Positions 11,516 through 39,267 are shown, numbered from the stretch's first letter. The stretch: DNA of 64,000 nt from Flaccisagitta enflata (GCA_965153355.1 OZ231126.1:7440001-7504000), one strand, 5' to 3'. Made by a program: numbers and translations. Notes: a model not told the origin generated them from the letters alone.

Positions 11516-14072
11516 CGCGACCAAATTTGGACAATTTGGTCAACCTGACCAAATTTGGACAATTAGGACAACGCAACCAAATTTGGACAATTTGGACAAC
11601 GCAACCAAATTTGGACAATTTGGACAACGCGACCAAATTTGAACAATATGGACAATGCCACCAAATTCAAACAATATGGACAATGCGACCAAATTTGGAC
11701 AATTTGGACAACACAACCAAATTTGCACAATTTTGACAACGCGACCAAATTTGAATAATTTGGACAACAAAACCAAATTTGGACAATTTGGACAATGCGA
11801 ACCAAATTTAGACAATTTGGACAACGCCACCAAATCTGGACAACGCCACCAAATCTGGACAACGCCACCAAATTTGGACAATTTTGACAATACAACCAAA
11901 CTTGGACAATTTGGACAAAGTGACCAAACTTGGACGATTTGGACAATGCGACCAAATTTGGACAATTTGGACAAAGCAACCAAAATTGGACAATTTGGAA
12001 AATACGACCAAATTTGGACAATTTGGAAAACGCGACCAAATTTGGACAATTTGGACAACGCGACCAAATTTGGACAATTTGGACAACGCGACCAAATTTG
12101 GACACTTTGGACAAGGCGACCAAATTTGGACAATTTGGACAAGGCGACCAAATTGGACAATATGGACAAGGCGACCAAATTTGGACAATTTAGACAACAC
12201 GACCAAATCTGTACAATTTGGACAACACAACCAAATTTGAACAATTTGGACAACGTGACCAAATATGGACAATTTGGACAATGCGATCAAATTTGGACAA
12301 TTTGGACAACGCGACAAAATTGGGACCATTTGGACAACGCGACCAAATTGGGACAATTTGGACAACATGACCAAATTCAGACAATTTGGACAACACGACG
12401 AAATTTGGACAATTTGGACAATGCGACCAAATCTGGACAACTTGAACAATAGGACCAAATTAGGACAACGCAACCAAATTTGGACAATGCGACCAAATTT
12501 AGACAACGCGACCAAATTTGGACAATTTGGACAACGCAACCAAATTCGGACAATTTGGACAAGGCGACCAAATTTGTACAATTTGGAAAAAGCGACCAAA
12601 CTTGGACAATTTGGACAAAGCGACCAAACTTGGACAAAGCGACCAAACTTAGACAATTGGACAAAGCGACCAAATTTGGACAAAGTGACAAAACTTGGAC
12701 AATGCAACCAAATTTGGACAATTTGGACAACGCGACCAAATTTGGACAATTTGGACAACGCGACCAAATTTGGACAATTTGGACAACGCGACCAAATTTG
12801 GACAATTTGGACAACGCGACCAAATTTGGACAATTTGGACAACGCGACCAAATTTGGACAATTTGGACAAGGCGACCAAATTTCGACAATTTGGACAAGG
12901 TGACCAAATTTGTACAATTTGGACAACACAACCAAATTTGTACAATTTGGACAACACGACCAAATTTGAACAATTTGGACAACATGACCAAATATGGACA
13001 ATCTGGACAATGCGACCAAATTTGGACAATTTGGAAAACGCGACCAAATTTGGACAATTTGGAAAACGCGACCAAATTTGGACCATTTGGACAACGCGAC
13101 CAAATCTGGACAATGCGACACAATTTGGACAATACAACAAAATTTGGACAACACGACCAAATTTGGACAATACGACCAAATTTGGACAATTTGGACAACG
13201 CGACCAAATATGGACAGCGCGACCAATTTTGGACAATTTGGAAAACGCTACCAAATTTGGACCATTGGACAACACGACCAAATTTGGACTATTTGGACAA
13301 CAGGACCAAATTTGGACAATTTGGACAACGCGACCAAATTTGGACAATGCAACTAAATTTGGACAATTCGGATAATACGACCAAATTTGGACAACACGAC
13401 CAAATTTGGACAATTTTGACAACGCGACCAAATTTGGACAACGCAACCAATTTTAGACAATATGGACAACGCAACCAAATTTGGACAATTTGGACAAAGC
13501 GACCAAATTTGGACAAAGTGACCGAAATTGGACAAAGCGACCAAATTTGGACAATTTGGATATCGCGACCAAATTTGGACAATTTGGACAACGCGACCAA
13601 ATTTGGACAATTTGGACAAAGCGACCAAATTTGAACAATTTGGACAACGCAACCAAATTTAGACAATTTGGACAACGCGACCAAGTTTGGACAATTTGGA
13701 CACACGACCAAGTTTGGACAATTTGGACAACGCGACCAAGTTTGGACAATTTAGACAACGCAACCAAATTTGGACAATGCGACTAAATCTGGACAATTTG
13801 GACAACGCGACCAAATTGGGACAATTTGGATTACGCGACAAAATTTGGACAACACAATCCATTTTAAACAACGCGACCAAATTTGGACAATGCGACAAAA
13901 TTTGGACGACGCGACCAAATTTGGACGACGCGACCAAATTTGGACAACACGACCAAATTTGGACAACGCGACCAAATTTGGACAACGCGACCAAATTTGG
14001 ACAACGCGACCAAATTTGGACAACGCGACCAAATTTGGACAACGTGACCAAATTTGGACAACGCGACCAAAT
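11516..14072. repeat. Minisatellite array 2 with mixed 28-bp and 19-bp units
   Basis: Units GACCAAATTTGGACAATTTGGACAACGC (28 bp) and GACCAAATTTGGACAACGC (19 bp); the array starts about 55 bp upstream of the acceptor at 11462. Confidence 0.97.
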
Positions 14073-14329
14073 TAGAGAACAGTGGCGCAAAAGTGACGTA
14101 ATAGTAAAGTTAAGATGTAATAGCTATTCAATTTTCAGCTTAATTGACCTAGTAGTTGCAAATTTTAGAGTTTCAAATTCCAAAAAAATCTGAACAGTAA
14201 TTGGGTCCACGACGGAGGGGGGTTAAAGATCACTAATTCCATAAAATCACCAATTCCATATAAACGCTATGACCAAAAGGTCCCTAACCCTATAAATTTG
14301 CTTAAACTATAAGTCTATCCACTTAGAGT

Positions 14330-14940
14330 GAAGTTATGCATGTTTTCCACTTTTAGGCTAGTATGATGGTAGGGTGGTAGGCTGGTTTTACGGGACAAAT
14401 AGTGTGCATATGTCGAGTTCTTCCATTTAGAGACTGTACCAAGTTTGAACCAAATTGGTTGAAAAATGTCCAAGTTATGCAAGTTTTTCACTTTTAGGCC
14501 AGTAAGCTGGTTGGGTGGTAGGTTGGTTTGGCCAGTTAGCATGCTCAAACATAAATAAATCACATACATGTGTTGAGTCCTTCCAATGAGAGACTCCATG
14601 CCAAATTTCAACCAAATTGGTTGAAAAATGCCAAAGATATGCACATTTTTAACTTTTAAACTGGTAGGCTAGTTGGGTGGTTTGACAGGATAAATAGTGA
14701 GCATATGTTGAGCTCTTCCATTTAGAGACCCCATACCAAGTTACAACCAAATAAGATGAAAAATGACAAAGTTATGCAAGTTTTTCACTTTTAGACCAGA
14801 AGGCTGGTTGGGTGGTAGGTCGGTTTGGCCGGTTAGCATGCTCAAATGCATATAAATCACATATATTTGTTGAGTCCTTCTATTTAGAGACTCGATACAT
14901 AATTTCAACTAAGTCAATCAAAAAATGGCAGAGTTATGCA
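14330..14940. repeat. Degenerate tandem repeat of roughly 130-170 bp, probably transposon-internal
   Basis: Recurrent AAGTTATGCA...TTTTCACTTTTAG...GGTTGGGTGGTAGG...TGTTGAGTCCTTC...AACCAAATTGGTTGAAAAATG. Confidence 0.7.
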
Positions 14941-14942
14941 TG

Positions 14943-15132
14943 TTTTTAGTCGCGTGCGCGCGACTCTACAACCCACTTTGTCCATCGGTCGGTCGGTTGG
15001 TCGGTCACACTTAACTTTTTTTTATGATTTTATTTCTTTGACCTCACTGCTCTTGCCCAAATGGTCTAGTGACCTAAAAAATGGCCCCTGCCCACCCGCA
15101 CGCGACTTCGGTAGCCGTGTATCCAGCCTTGT
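14943..15132 (-). mobile_element. HINE/DINE-1-like non-autonomous element
   Basis: ACAAGGCTGGATACACGGC start, AGTCGCGTGC motif, (GACC)n tract and terminal hairpin AGTCGCGCGCACGCGACT followed by an A run. Confidence 0.7.
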
Positions 15133-15574
15133 TCACTTTTAGGCTGGTTGGGCCGGTTGGGTTGGTCAGATCAAAAAAATCGGATGGAATGTAAAGCACC
15201 TTACCCTAGTACAACTTCCTACCAAATATAAACCAAATTGGTCAAAGCATAAAAAAGTTATCCATTTTTTAAAATCCGTGACAACGACGACAACTATGAT
15301 GACGACGATGACAACACCCACCCGCCTTGAATTAAATCCGCGTCAGAATGATATTCCGTCGTGGACAAAAAAAAATTTCCTTTTTGTCGCTAGGAGATAG
15401 AGGAGATACAGTTACATATCCTGGCAAAATTTGGGCAAAAATGGCTTGACAGTTTGTAAGTTATGAGAGTTTGAAGTTTACCTGATATTAATCCAGCATG
15501 GGCATATAAAATCTTTATTGATCGTTTTGAAGATCAAAATCTTTCAAGGGGAATTGTTACACTAATGAAAAAAG

Positions 15575-15923
15575 AATATGAAAAAAATGTAACAAAAAAG
15601 TAGCAAAAAAGTAACAAAATTGTAACAAAAAAGTAACGAAATTGTAACGAAAAAGTAACGAAATTGTAACAAAAAAGTAGCAAAAAAGTAACAATAAAGT
15701 AGCAAAAAAGTAACAAAAAAGTAGCAAAAAACAAACAAAAAAGTAACAAAAATGTAGCAAAAAAGTAACAAAAAAGTAACAGAAATGTAACAATCTTTTG
15801 TTACATTTTTGTCACATTTCTGCTAAATTTCCGTTACATTTCTGCTACATTTTTGTCACATTTCGGTTACATTTCGGTTACATTTTTGTTACACTTCCGT
15901 TACATTTCCATTACATTTCCGTT

Positions 15924-15925
<2 letters not shown>
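15575..15925. repeat. 11-bp tandem array followed by its inverted counterpart
   Basis: (AAAAAAGTAAC/AGC)n at 15575-15792, then (GTTACATTTYY)n at 15799-15925. Confidence 0.85.
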
Positions 15926-15978
<53 letters not shown>

Positions 15979-17730
15979 AAACAAAATTTAAGAAGTTCGC
16001 GCGATTCTGTATGTATTCTAAGATATGATCAATGTAAATCGAAAAATCAAAAGTCGAGTGTTCTTTTCTTCTCAGCGCCATCAAATAATCGACGATGCAG
16101 CATAACCATAGCAACAGAGAAGGTTGGTTATTGGTCGTAGAGTGTAGAAGGGGCCAAAAGACTTTAAATAAATACCTCATCTATTAAATGTTAGGTGAGA
16201 TATTGAAAATACACTCGAGAGCGCTCTTTCCTTGTGCTCCCATTATAATTTGTCTTGTGTCAAATGAAGCCACAAACAGGATTAGCATACAAAGGATAGT
16301 GTTTTAGTTGGTTCTATGCTCACCCAATACAGGGAATAACGCGCCAAATGGACCAAAGTAAAACGACATAACTTTACTTCTAGAGATCAATTTTATAAAA
16401 AGATCCAGAGAGCTGTTAAAAACGATTTTTACTGATCAGCTCAGAGTCTATGAGGAAGAACTACTTAGTGCTCACATCGTTTTTAAAAACTACAGCTTTT
16501 TTTAATGTTTTAAAAAATTGAGGATTTTTAATGGTTTTGAACATAAAATTAGTGGTTACCATAAAGATATTGAGGAAAAATTGTAGGATTTTACCAAACT
16601 TGATTCAAATTCAATTTAAATTTTCGATATGCTCACTGTGTTTTAAAAATCAAACATTTTGAATAATGAAGACAACTCAGAGGATCCATCTTCTTTAAGT
16701 AACATATTGGAAGTGGTGAAAAAAAAGTTGTCTTAATTTGAAGTATCCCCACTGTTCCAACAATTTCATAAAAAAATTTTGAATTATCTTTAATATGCGC
16801 CCAATCTCATGTATTTAGCTCAATTCGTTTGGAAATGATACTAAATTAAAGATGAAAGGTTCAGCTGCTTTGAATGAGAGAAATTTGGTAGAATGATTTT
16901 TTACAAAATGAATGTTTTTAAAACACATTCTATGGAGTGCCAAAACCGTTAGGAGGTTATAATGTATCAGAACAGGATAAATTGTTTTTACAGTGCTTTC
17001 TAACACTTTTTTCAGATTCGCAATATTTTTTTCAAATGCAGAATTACATCGTTTTCTTTGGTTTCTTTTGGCGGGGTATTCCCTGTAGAAATTCGATTAA
17101 AACGTAGGAAAATCGATCAATATGCACATGATTAGAACGTAGGAAAATCGGTCATTATATCAAGCAAGCATCAATCAATCAATCAAAACTAAATACTAAC
17201 CATGTAGGCAGCGGTTTCAAATGCTTGAGAAGAGATTTTAAAGAATGCTTCAAATAATTAAAAACTTCACTTTTGAAGAAACTACTATGGAAATCGAAAC
17301 GCATTCCAAAGTGATCTAAGGCTTTGTGAGTAACAGGCTTTGTTGGTAACATTTTTGAAATGCGAACGGTCTTTTTTGTCACTGCCCCTGCCCAACCCTC
17401 CACAACTGTCCTGCCGCGCAACCAGCCTTGTTCAATGTACTTCCGGCGTTTCTTCATCCCACAACTGCGCAAACCGAAAATAGTCTCAAGTTAAATCATT
17501 TCTTCAACGAAATTCCGAATCCCGAATTCCTCACCAAGCGGGCTCCATGCCTTCCATCGAGGATTATGTCTACTACTACTACTACTACTACTACTAGAGC
17601 AATGGAGGTAATACTCCTCCGTCAAGCTGACTAATCAAGCCACGATGAGAGTGATCTGGCAAAAATTCGTCACCTTAGATTTAACATATGAACAATTCAA
17701 TGTTCATATGTTAAATCTACAAGAACAGGA

Positions 17731-17855
17731 ACAAGGTCAAGTAGGCCAATAAGTTGCGACGTGTGGATCGTCGAATGGATGCATGACCAACAGACACACA
17801 GACCAACGAACGAACGAACAGAGCCAGTTATAGAGATGCTTTGTCGCACCTGAAA
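17731..17855 (+). mobile_element. HINE-like element (AGGTGCGAC subfamily)
   Basis: ACAAGGTCAAGTAGGCCAATAAGTTGCGACGTGTGGATCGTCG...TATAGAGATGCTTTGTCGCACCT; same family as 50403, 53392 and 62457. Confidence 0.7.
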
Positions 17856-18544
17856 AAAAATGTGATCGTATTTATCAACATGTATTCACATAACCTACAT
17901 GTTTTTCAAGCATTATCATGCAACGTAAATAAATAACACAAATTACCCTTTGATCCTGAATGCGTTCACGTAGGAGAAAATTACAGCAGGATCATCGCAA
18001 ACGCAATTTGAATATCCCATATGGGAGGTCGATTAAATCTCATGCATGCTCAACATTCAAACCTCACAGTGACAGACGAAAAAGTTTTCTCATATATGAA
18101 TCGAAACAAATCAACAAAAATTACCTCGCCTACTTCAGACTTTATGAAAAAAAATATGAGTGAAGAGGAATAAATCCATAAGTCCTAAAAGGTTGGGTAG
18201 TAGCAGTACCACAAATACCCATACACAAGCATGCACAACCCAAATCAATTCAAAACCGGGGTCACAATATTGTTGTGGGCAGGGCCATCAACTCCCATCC
18301 ATACCCCAACTCCCTACCCCCACACACGAACATCCACAAAAGTATCCAAATCACTTGTCTTTCCACATTTTGACTTGATCATTACCAACGGACCGACGGA
18401 GCCTCTTAAAGAGTAGCATGTCCGCAACTTCAAATGACAAAACAATGACAGCTTAAAATCATACCAACAAACGGAAGGACCGACACCTCACAGAGTACAG
18501 TTGCGCGTCCCTAACTAAAAAGGGACTGGAAAAAAATCACTCTG

Positions 18545-18850
18545 TCCAAATTTGGATAACTTGTCAAAATTTTAATAACTTGTCAAAATTTGGACAAGTT
18601 TTCCAAATTTGGATAACTTGTCCAAATTTGGATAACTTGTCCAAATTTGGATAACTTGTCCAAATTTGGATAACTTGTCCAAATTTGGATAACTTGTCCA
18701 AATTTGGATAACTTGTCCAAATTTGGATAACTTGTCCAAATTTGGATAACTTGTCCAAATTTGGATATTTTTTCAAAATTTTGATAACTTGTAAAAAGTT
18801 GGATAACTTGTCAAAATTCGGATAACTTGTCAAAATTTTGATGATTTTTC
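18545..18850. repeat. 19-bp minisatellite array 3 (about 15 units)
   Basis: Unit TCCAAATTTGGATAACTTG contains the perfect palindrome TCCAAATTTGGA and shares TTTGGATAACTTG with array 1. Confidence 0.95.
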
Positions 18851-19159
18851 AAAATTTATGTTCCCGGTTCAATTTTAGATAACTAGTACAAATCTGTAAA
18901 GATGTTACCCTTTGCAATCTCAATCCATGTCTCTTGCTATTTTAAGTGTTTTTAAGCGGATAATGATTCAAGGCTAAGGATTGGGTTGGGGATAGGATTA
19001 CGGCTCGTGTTTTCATTATATATTTTTAGCTTGAGTGTCTGAATAAGCTTCGCCCAGTGGGAATTTTGCCTAAAAAAAGCGTACACAGGATTGAATGTTA
19101 CGATAGCCATCAAAATTCGAATAACCTGTAAAATTTGGATATATTGTCCAATTTCGAAT

Positions 19160-19532
19160 GGAGTTCCTTCAATAAGTTCCTTCAATAATTACATTCATTA
19201 ATTCCCTTCTTAAAACTCAGCAAACAGGTTTGCGCAAAACATTGGGCCATTATTTGCCATCATTAATAATATGAAGAGCTTCCAGCATTGAGCTCCACCG
19301 ATAAGTTCCTTTAATGGTTCCTCCAATACTTCCTCCAATAGTCCCTCCAATAGTTCCTTCAATAGTTCCCTCAATAGTGCCCTCAATAGTTCCTTCAATA
19401 GTTCCCTCAATAGTTCCCTCAATAGTTCCCTCAATAGTTCCCTCAATAGTTCCTTCAATAGTTCCTTCAATAGTTCCTTCAATAGTTCCTTCAATAGTTC
19501 CTTCAATAGTTCCTTCAATAGTTCCTTCAATA
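19160..19532. repeat. 12-bp minisatellite
   Basis: (AATAGTTCC(C/T)TC)n with its main block at about 19300-19532. Confidence 0.93.
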
Positions 19533-20022
19533 ATTTGCAAAATCCCCCTTTAAAACCCCTGCCAGAAAGCCCCAACCTTTCCCCGGATAAATTTATGATT
19601 GAAGGAACTGGAAAAAAATCGCCGATGAGATACTTCCATCTCTTCTTCAAGAGAGAGAGAGAGAGAGAGAGAGAGAAGTAAGTGGAAGTGACAGGGGGGA
19701 GGGAGGGGAAAGAATACATGGGGAAGTGAGGAAAAAAATTTGATTGGTGATGATTTTCTGATACAGATGACAAATCTTCAAGCAACTAAGCTACCGAATC
19801 GGGAATTTGAATAAATACAGGGATAGAATTTCATGTCCTATCGGTATCAAGTATGAAATGTATCAGATGTATAAAATGTATAAAATGTATAAAATGTAGT
19901 TATCTCTCAAGTGGCAATATAAAGCAGCTTTACTGTATAGCCGAATTGTGTTCAGTCCCTTGAAGTGCACTTTGGTAAAGCTTCACTGCGTTTCTCTTGA
20001 ATTGCTGATTCGTTTAACTTAC

Positions 20023-34687
<14,665 letters not shown>

Positions 34688-35617
34688 CTGAATGAGGAGA
34701 TTAATGTTAGAATGAATGAGTGAATGAGTAAATGAATGAATGAGTGGATGAATGAATGAATAAATGAATCAATGAATGAATGAATGAATAAATGAATGAA
34801 TGTACCAGTAATGGCGGCTGTCGCCGTGAGGAAAAAAGTCGTAAGCAACGGTCACTTTTCACCAAGCTTTTATCTTCAATTCCCGCATTTTTTTATTTGT
34901 TAGATCAAATTAAGAGCAGCTGTATGTATTGATTTCACTGAAAATCAGAAAAAAATAAAATCAAGCCAAATGAGCTAGATGAGCTAAAATACTCAAAATC
35001 ATTCAACCAAATATCCAGCTATGCTGACTGAAAAGTTTTCTTGTGTTTGCATGCTCAATTAAGAAACTTATTCATCCCATTAAAACTCAGATAAAAAACA
35101 AAGCTAAATAAGCTAAAATACTTAAAAACACCCTCACAGATGAGCAGCTCTACTCACTGACATGCTTTCTTATGGCTGCTTGCTTAAACATAAATCGGAA
35201 TATTTATTCATTTGTTGCATCTAAAATCAGAAAAAAAAAACTGAGCTAAATGAGCTAAATGAGCTAAAATACTTGAAAACACTCACAGATGAGCAGCTTT
35301 TCTCATAAACATGTCTTCTGAATGCCAAATGAAAGAGAATTATCAAATTTGCTTACCCTATCAATTTCATTGGAAGGCTCAATCACCTCTATCAGTTTCT
35401 CAACTTTCTCATAAGAAAATGAAATCCCTGTTTCTCTTGAATATGTCAAAAAGTCAAAGACTGACTTCGACTTTTTTCCCGATGAATGAATGAATGAATG
35501 AATGAATGAATGAATGAATGAATGAATGAATGAATGAATGAATGAATGAATGAATGAATGAATGAATGAATAAATGAATGAAAGAAAGGAAGAAAGAATG
35601 AAAAAAAGAAAGAACGA

Positions 35618-35681
<64 letters not shown>

Positions 35682-36921
35682 ATGAAAGAGAGAATGACGT
35701 CTGAAAAATGAAGAGAGTGGACAACTTTTAAAGCTATAGAAAGCATACAAAAAACACTTAAATGGAATGAAATAAAAGGTTATAGAAGGAATCAATAATT
35801 GGAAATACATCGAAGAAAGGGCAACATGACGACAAGAAATACTACTGACACTTGAGCAGGCCTGATTTTAGCTATTTCTTTGAATGAGCATTTTGGGCTC
35901 GCTTCTCACAATTTGATTGAGCCCGACCGTAAAACAACGAGCCCGATAAAAGACTTCATAAAACCCTAATTTGCATATTGAAGTTACGAGGGGAAAGATT
36001 TTGTTTAAGCGAAAAACAAAAACTTTTCCTATTGATTACTCAGTGAGACTACTCTGTCATCATCAAATTCTATTTGGTGGATTAAACTAAGTACTTTCGT
36101 CAATTTTCAACTTTTACCGCAACAAACTGTCTCTCATCAGACTTGTCCCAATGGATTTTATGTTGGAGGAGCATTATATAAAGAAATCCACTTTCTCGGT
36201 GTATCCTACCATCTTATGTAAGTGCCATATTTCTTCTAATTTTGAAACGACCTACGGATCGGGTCGTCACTAACTGCTACGCTACAGAATGTACAGTTCC
36301 TCATACAGGATAGCCGGTCCGCGACTATGCATTTTTTCCAAACTTGTTCACAAACTTGGCACCGTTATCTGTTCACACATTTTCTGTTAAGTAGATTGAT
36401 TGATCAAATGATTCAGGACGTGAAAATTTGCATATTTTAAAGGTTAAAGTATCATCAATAGGTCCAATGGAGATTCAGAATGTATGCGACTTGTGAGCAC
36501 GATATGCAGCCTGATTTGAAAGAGCCTCCCGGACTCACATCTAGCAAAACATGAAAGCCCAACAGCAAAATAGAGAGCATCGGGCTCGCGGGCTCGCATC
36601 AAAATCAGGCCTGCACTTGAAAGCACGACAGTACGGAACAACGACAGGTAGCATGACTGGATATCTTCCAGACAGTACGAATGTCATGATGACAGACGGC
36701 ATGAAAGACAAACCGACAGAGAGCATGACATGCGACACGCCGAATGAATTTGCACCTAAGACTCGCGGTTGACGACCTCAACTGAACTCCAGATTCTATC
36801 AACAAAACCAGAAAAAAAATGTAACAAGGATTCAATTTATGAGATGATCTAAAAGTTGAGATTCAATTAATGAGATGAATTATTTCAATCCTATTAATCA
36901 TGACAAATACATCGACAAAAA

Positions 36922-37022
<101 letters not shown>

Positions 37023-37853
37023 ATTAGACTCCCCACTGCTTCATATCCTGGACCGTAGATCATTTTAAGGGTTACAAAATCATTAGGGTTACGAAATCAT
37101 TAGGGTTACGAAAGCATAAGTCACAGTGCAAACGAAGACGAAATTTGACCAGTCAAAGGGTGATAAAAATGAAGTTTGTATATTCATGAATTTATTTTAC
37201 CATTCTATAAGATAATTTATGGGGTGTTAAAATACAAAAAATCAATGCAAAATCTTTTTTTGTCAGGGCGCTATATCAAAAAATGTAATTTAAAAAAATT
37301 GTAAAACTAAAGCTAACTTCAAATGCAATTTTTGGTGTTTTAAGCGCTTTTATTTTGACGAAATTTAACATGGAGGTACTACTTGATGTGAAGTACCTCC
37401 AGTTAAAATTTCGTCCAAGCTGGTCTACTTTAAGGGGGGTAACAACAGCATTTTTCATTAATATTACAAAAAAACATGTTTTTTTCTTAATTTAGGTACC
37501 TGAAAATTATCACACATTAATTTTTTTTTCTATACAACTTATTTAGGGTCCATTTGATGTGCATGCCAAGTGTCAGGGCTATAAATCAACTTTTAGAAAG
37601 CTTGTAGAGTGAAAAAAAACTTTGAATTAGCAAATTTTGCAATTTTTGGTTGACAGCCTTTAAATAAATTGTTATATGACACCCAAAAATGCCTCCCAGG
37701 GTCATGAACATTTTACAGGCATCACCAACAGACCCTTTAAGGAATTTTGGCCTATGGTTTATAGGTCCCTGCAATGCCATATCAAAATATACAAAATTAT
37801 GTTACAAGAACATCAAAAAACTTTCCTCAATTGACATTGGTCATAAGAGTAGA

Positions 37854-38816
37854 ACAAGGCCGGATACACGGCTACCCTAGTCGCGTGCGGGTTGGCAGGA
37901 GCAGTGCTGGAGAAGGTCATTAGGGCATCTGGGCAGGAGCCGTATGCTCAAAAAGCTCAAAAGCGCCGAAAAAGTAAAAAGGGGACCAACCAACCAACCG
38001 ACCGACGCCAACAGACCGACGGACCGACATAGCAGGGTGTAGAGTCGCGTAGCACGCAACTAAAAAACGAGCCCGAGCGGGCAACTCGATGCGTCATCAG
38101 CGCGATATTAGAGAAAGAGTAACGGACATACCTAGGGACCGACGGACTGACAGACAGACGGACGGACCAACAGTACCTCTTATAGAGATGCGATTACGCA
38201 GCATAATAGAGTGAAAAGGGTAGAGGCATAAGTATTTGCAGAATGGAGACACCCGACAATAAGCAAAAGTTCTTTTAATCAAACCATAACGCTTGCACGG
38301 CATGGGGATATGAATTCTAAGACCTTCATGGTTTTCCTTTTGAGTTGCGGACATGCAACTCTATAAGAGGCTTTGTCTGTCGGTCCGTTGGTCCATTAAT
38401 CCATTGGTCCGTCCGGCCGTCAGCATGAGTCAAAAAGTGGAAAAACGCGCATATCCACCCCTGCCCACCCGTCCGCAACTGGTGGCTGTGTATCAGGCCT
38501 TGCTCCTATTTTCATTTATCTTCCGTTTTTGTTTCGCAAAAAACATTTCCAGCGTCATGCAAATTAGGATAAGAGGCAACATTTCTGTTTGTCTATCTAG
38601 TAGCTACAGTACCTTCCGAGCAAACCCGGCTAAAATTGGAGGATTAATTTTTGTTACTTTAATTTCAATTCCCAAACTTCATTTTTAGTTGCGGACACGC
38701 AACTCTATAAGAGCCTTTGTCCGTCCGTTGGTGTGCACGAGTCGAAAATGTGAAAACGCGCATATCCGCCCCTGCCCACCCGTCCGCAACTGGTATGGCC
38801 GTGTATCCAGCCTTGT
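37854..38816. mobile_element. Cluster of HINE-like elements (37854-38067 +, 38339-38502 -, 38682-38816 -)
   Basis: Each has an ACAAGGC-type start, GGGTGGGCAGG-type core, GACC/GACG repeats and a terminal TAGAGT(C/T)GCG...GC(G/A)ACT-type hairpin. Confidence 0.7.
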
Positions 38817-39112
38817 TTGTACATAACTTAATTAAAAGATACTTAATTCCTTGAACATATTTGGCTGTCAAAAAAAAATAACTCGTGAAATCAAAGTGCA
38901 TGAAGACATTAATATTCAGTGTTCTAACCCAGACCAGAGCAGGATCTTGACTAGGATTACCTCAACTTTCATTTGATCCCCTTTCACTCAGATTCACCAT
39001 CCTCATCGGGCGTAAGTCAGAACAGAAGCTAGATCGAAACACTACACTGCTTTGTCAGTCCGACTGTCTCCCTCTGACTGTCTCCTATTGTCTATCTCTT
39101 TTACCGTCTCCA

Positions 39113-39179
<67 letters not shown>

Positions 39180-39267
39180 CTCACATGTTAACTAGAGTTG
39201 TTCACGTTGTCATCCAGTCAGGGACAAATTTCGTGTCAAATGCCTTTTGGACAATGACTGAAACATT

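Noticed and set aside
5027-14193. Many overlapping 100-470-aa ORFs (LSKCCQVIQNCPNVVK, LDNLDNATKFGQFGQ) and a CRISPR-like look
   Set aside because: They are translations of stop-poor 28/29/19-bp satellites in several frames. There are no unique spacers or cas genes, and the context is eukaryotic and intronic.
17201-17315. AG/GT-bounded open segment (HFGMRFDFHSSFFKSEVFNYLKHSLKSLLKHLKPLPT)
   Set aside because: It is not dynein-like, its phase does not fit the exon ending at 20023, and I could not link partner exons with confidence.
19210-19785. ORFs with (KELL)n or (IEGT)n repeats
   Set aside because: They are translations of a 12-bp minisatellite.
39185-39257. Exon-like island between (CT)n and (GA)n with cag and gtgag sites
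   Set aside because: It has stops in all three minus-strand frames and no dynein similarity.
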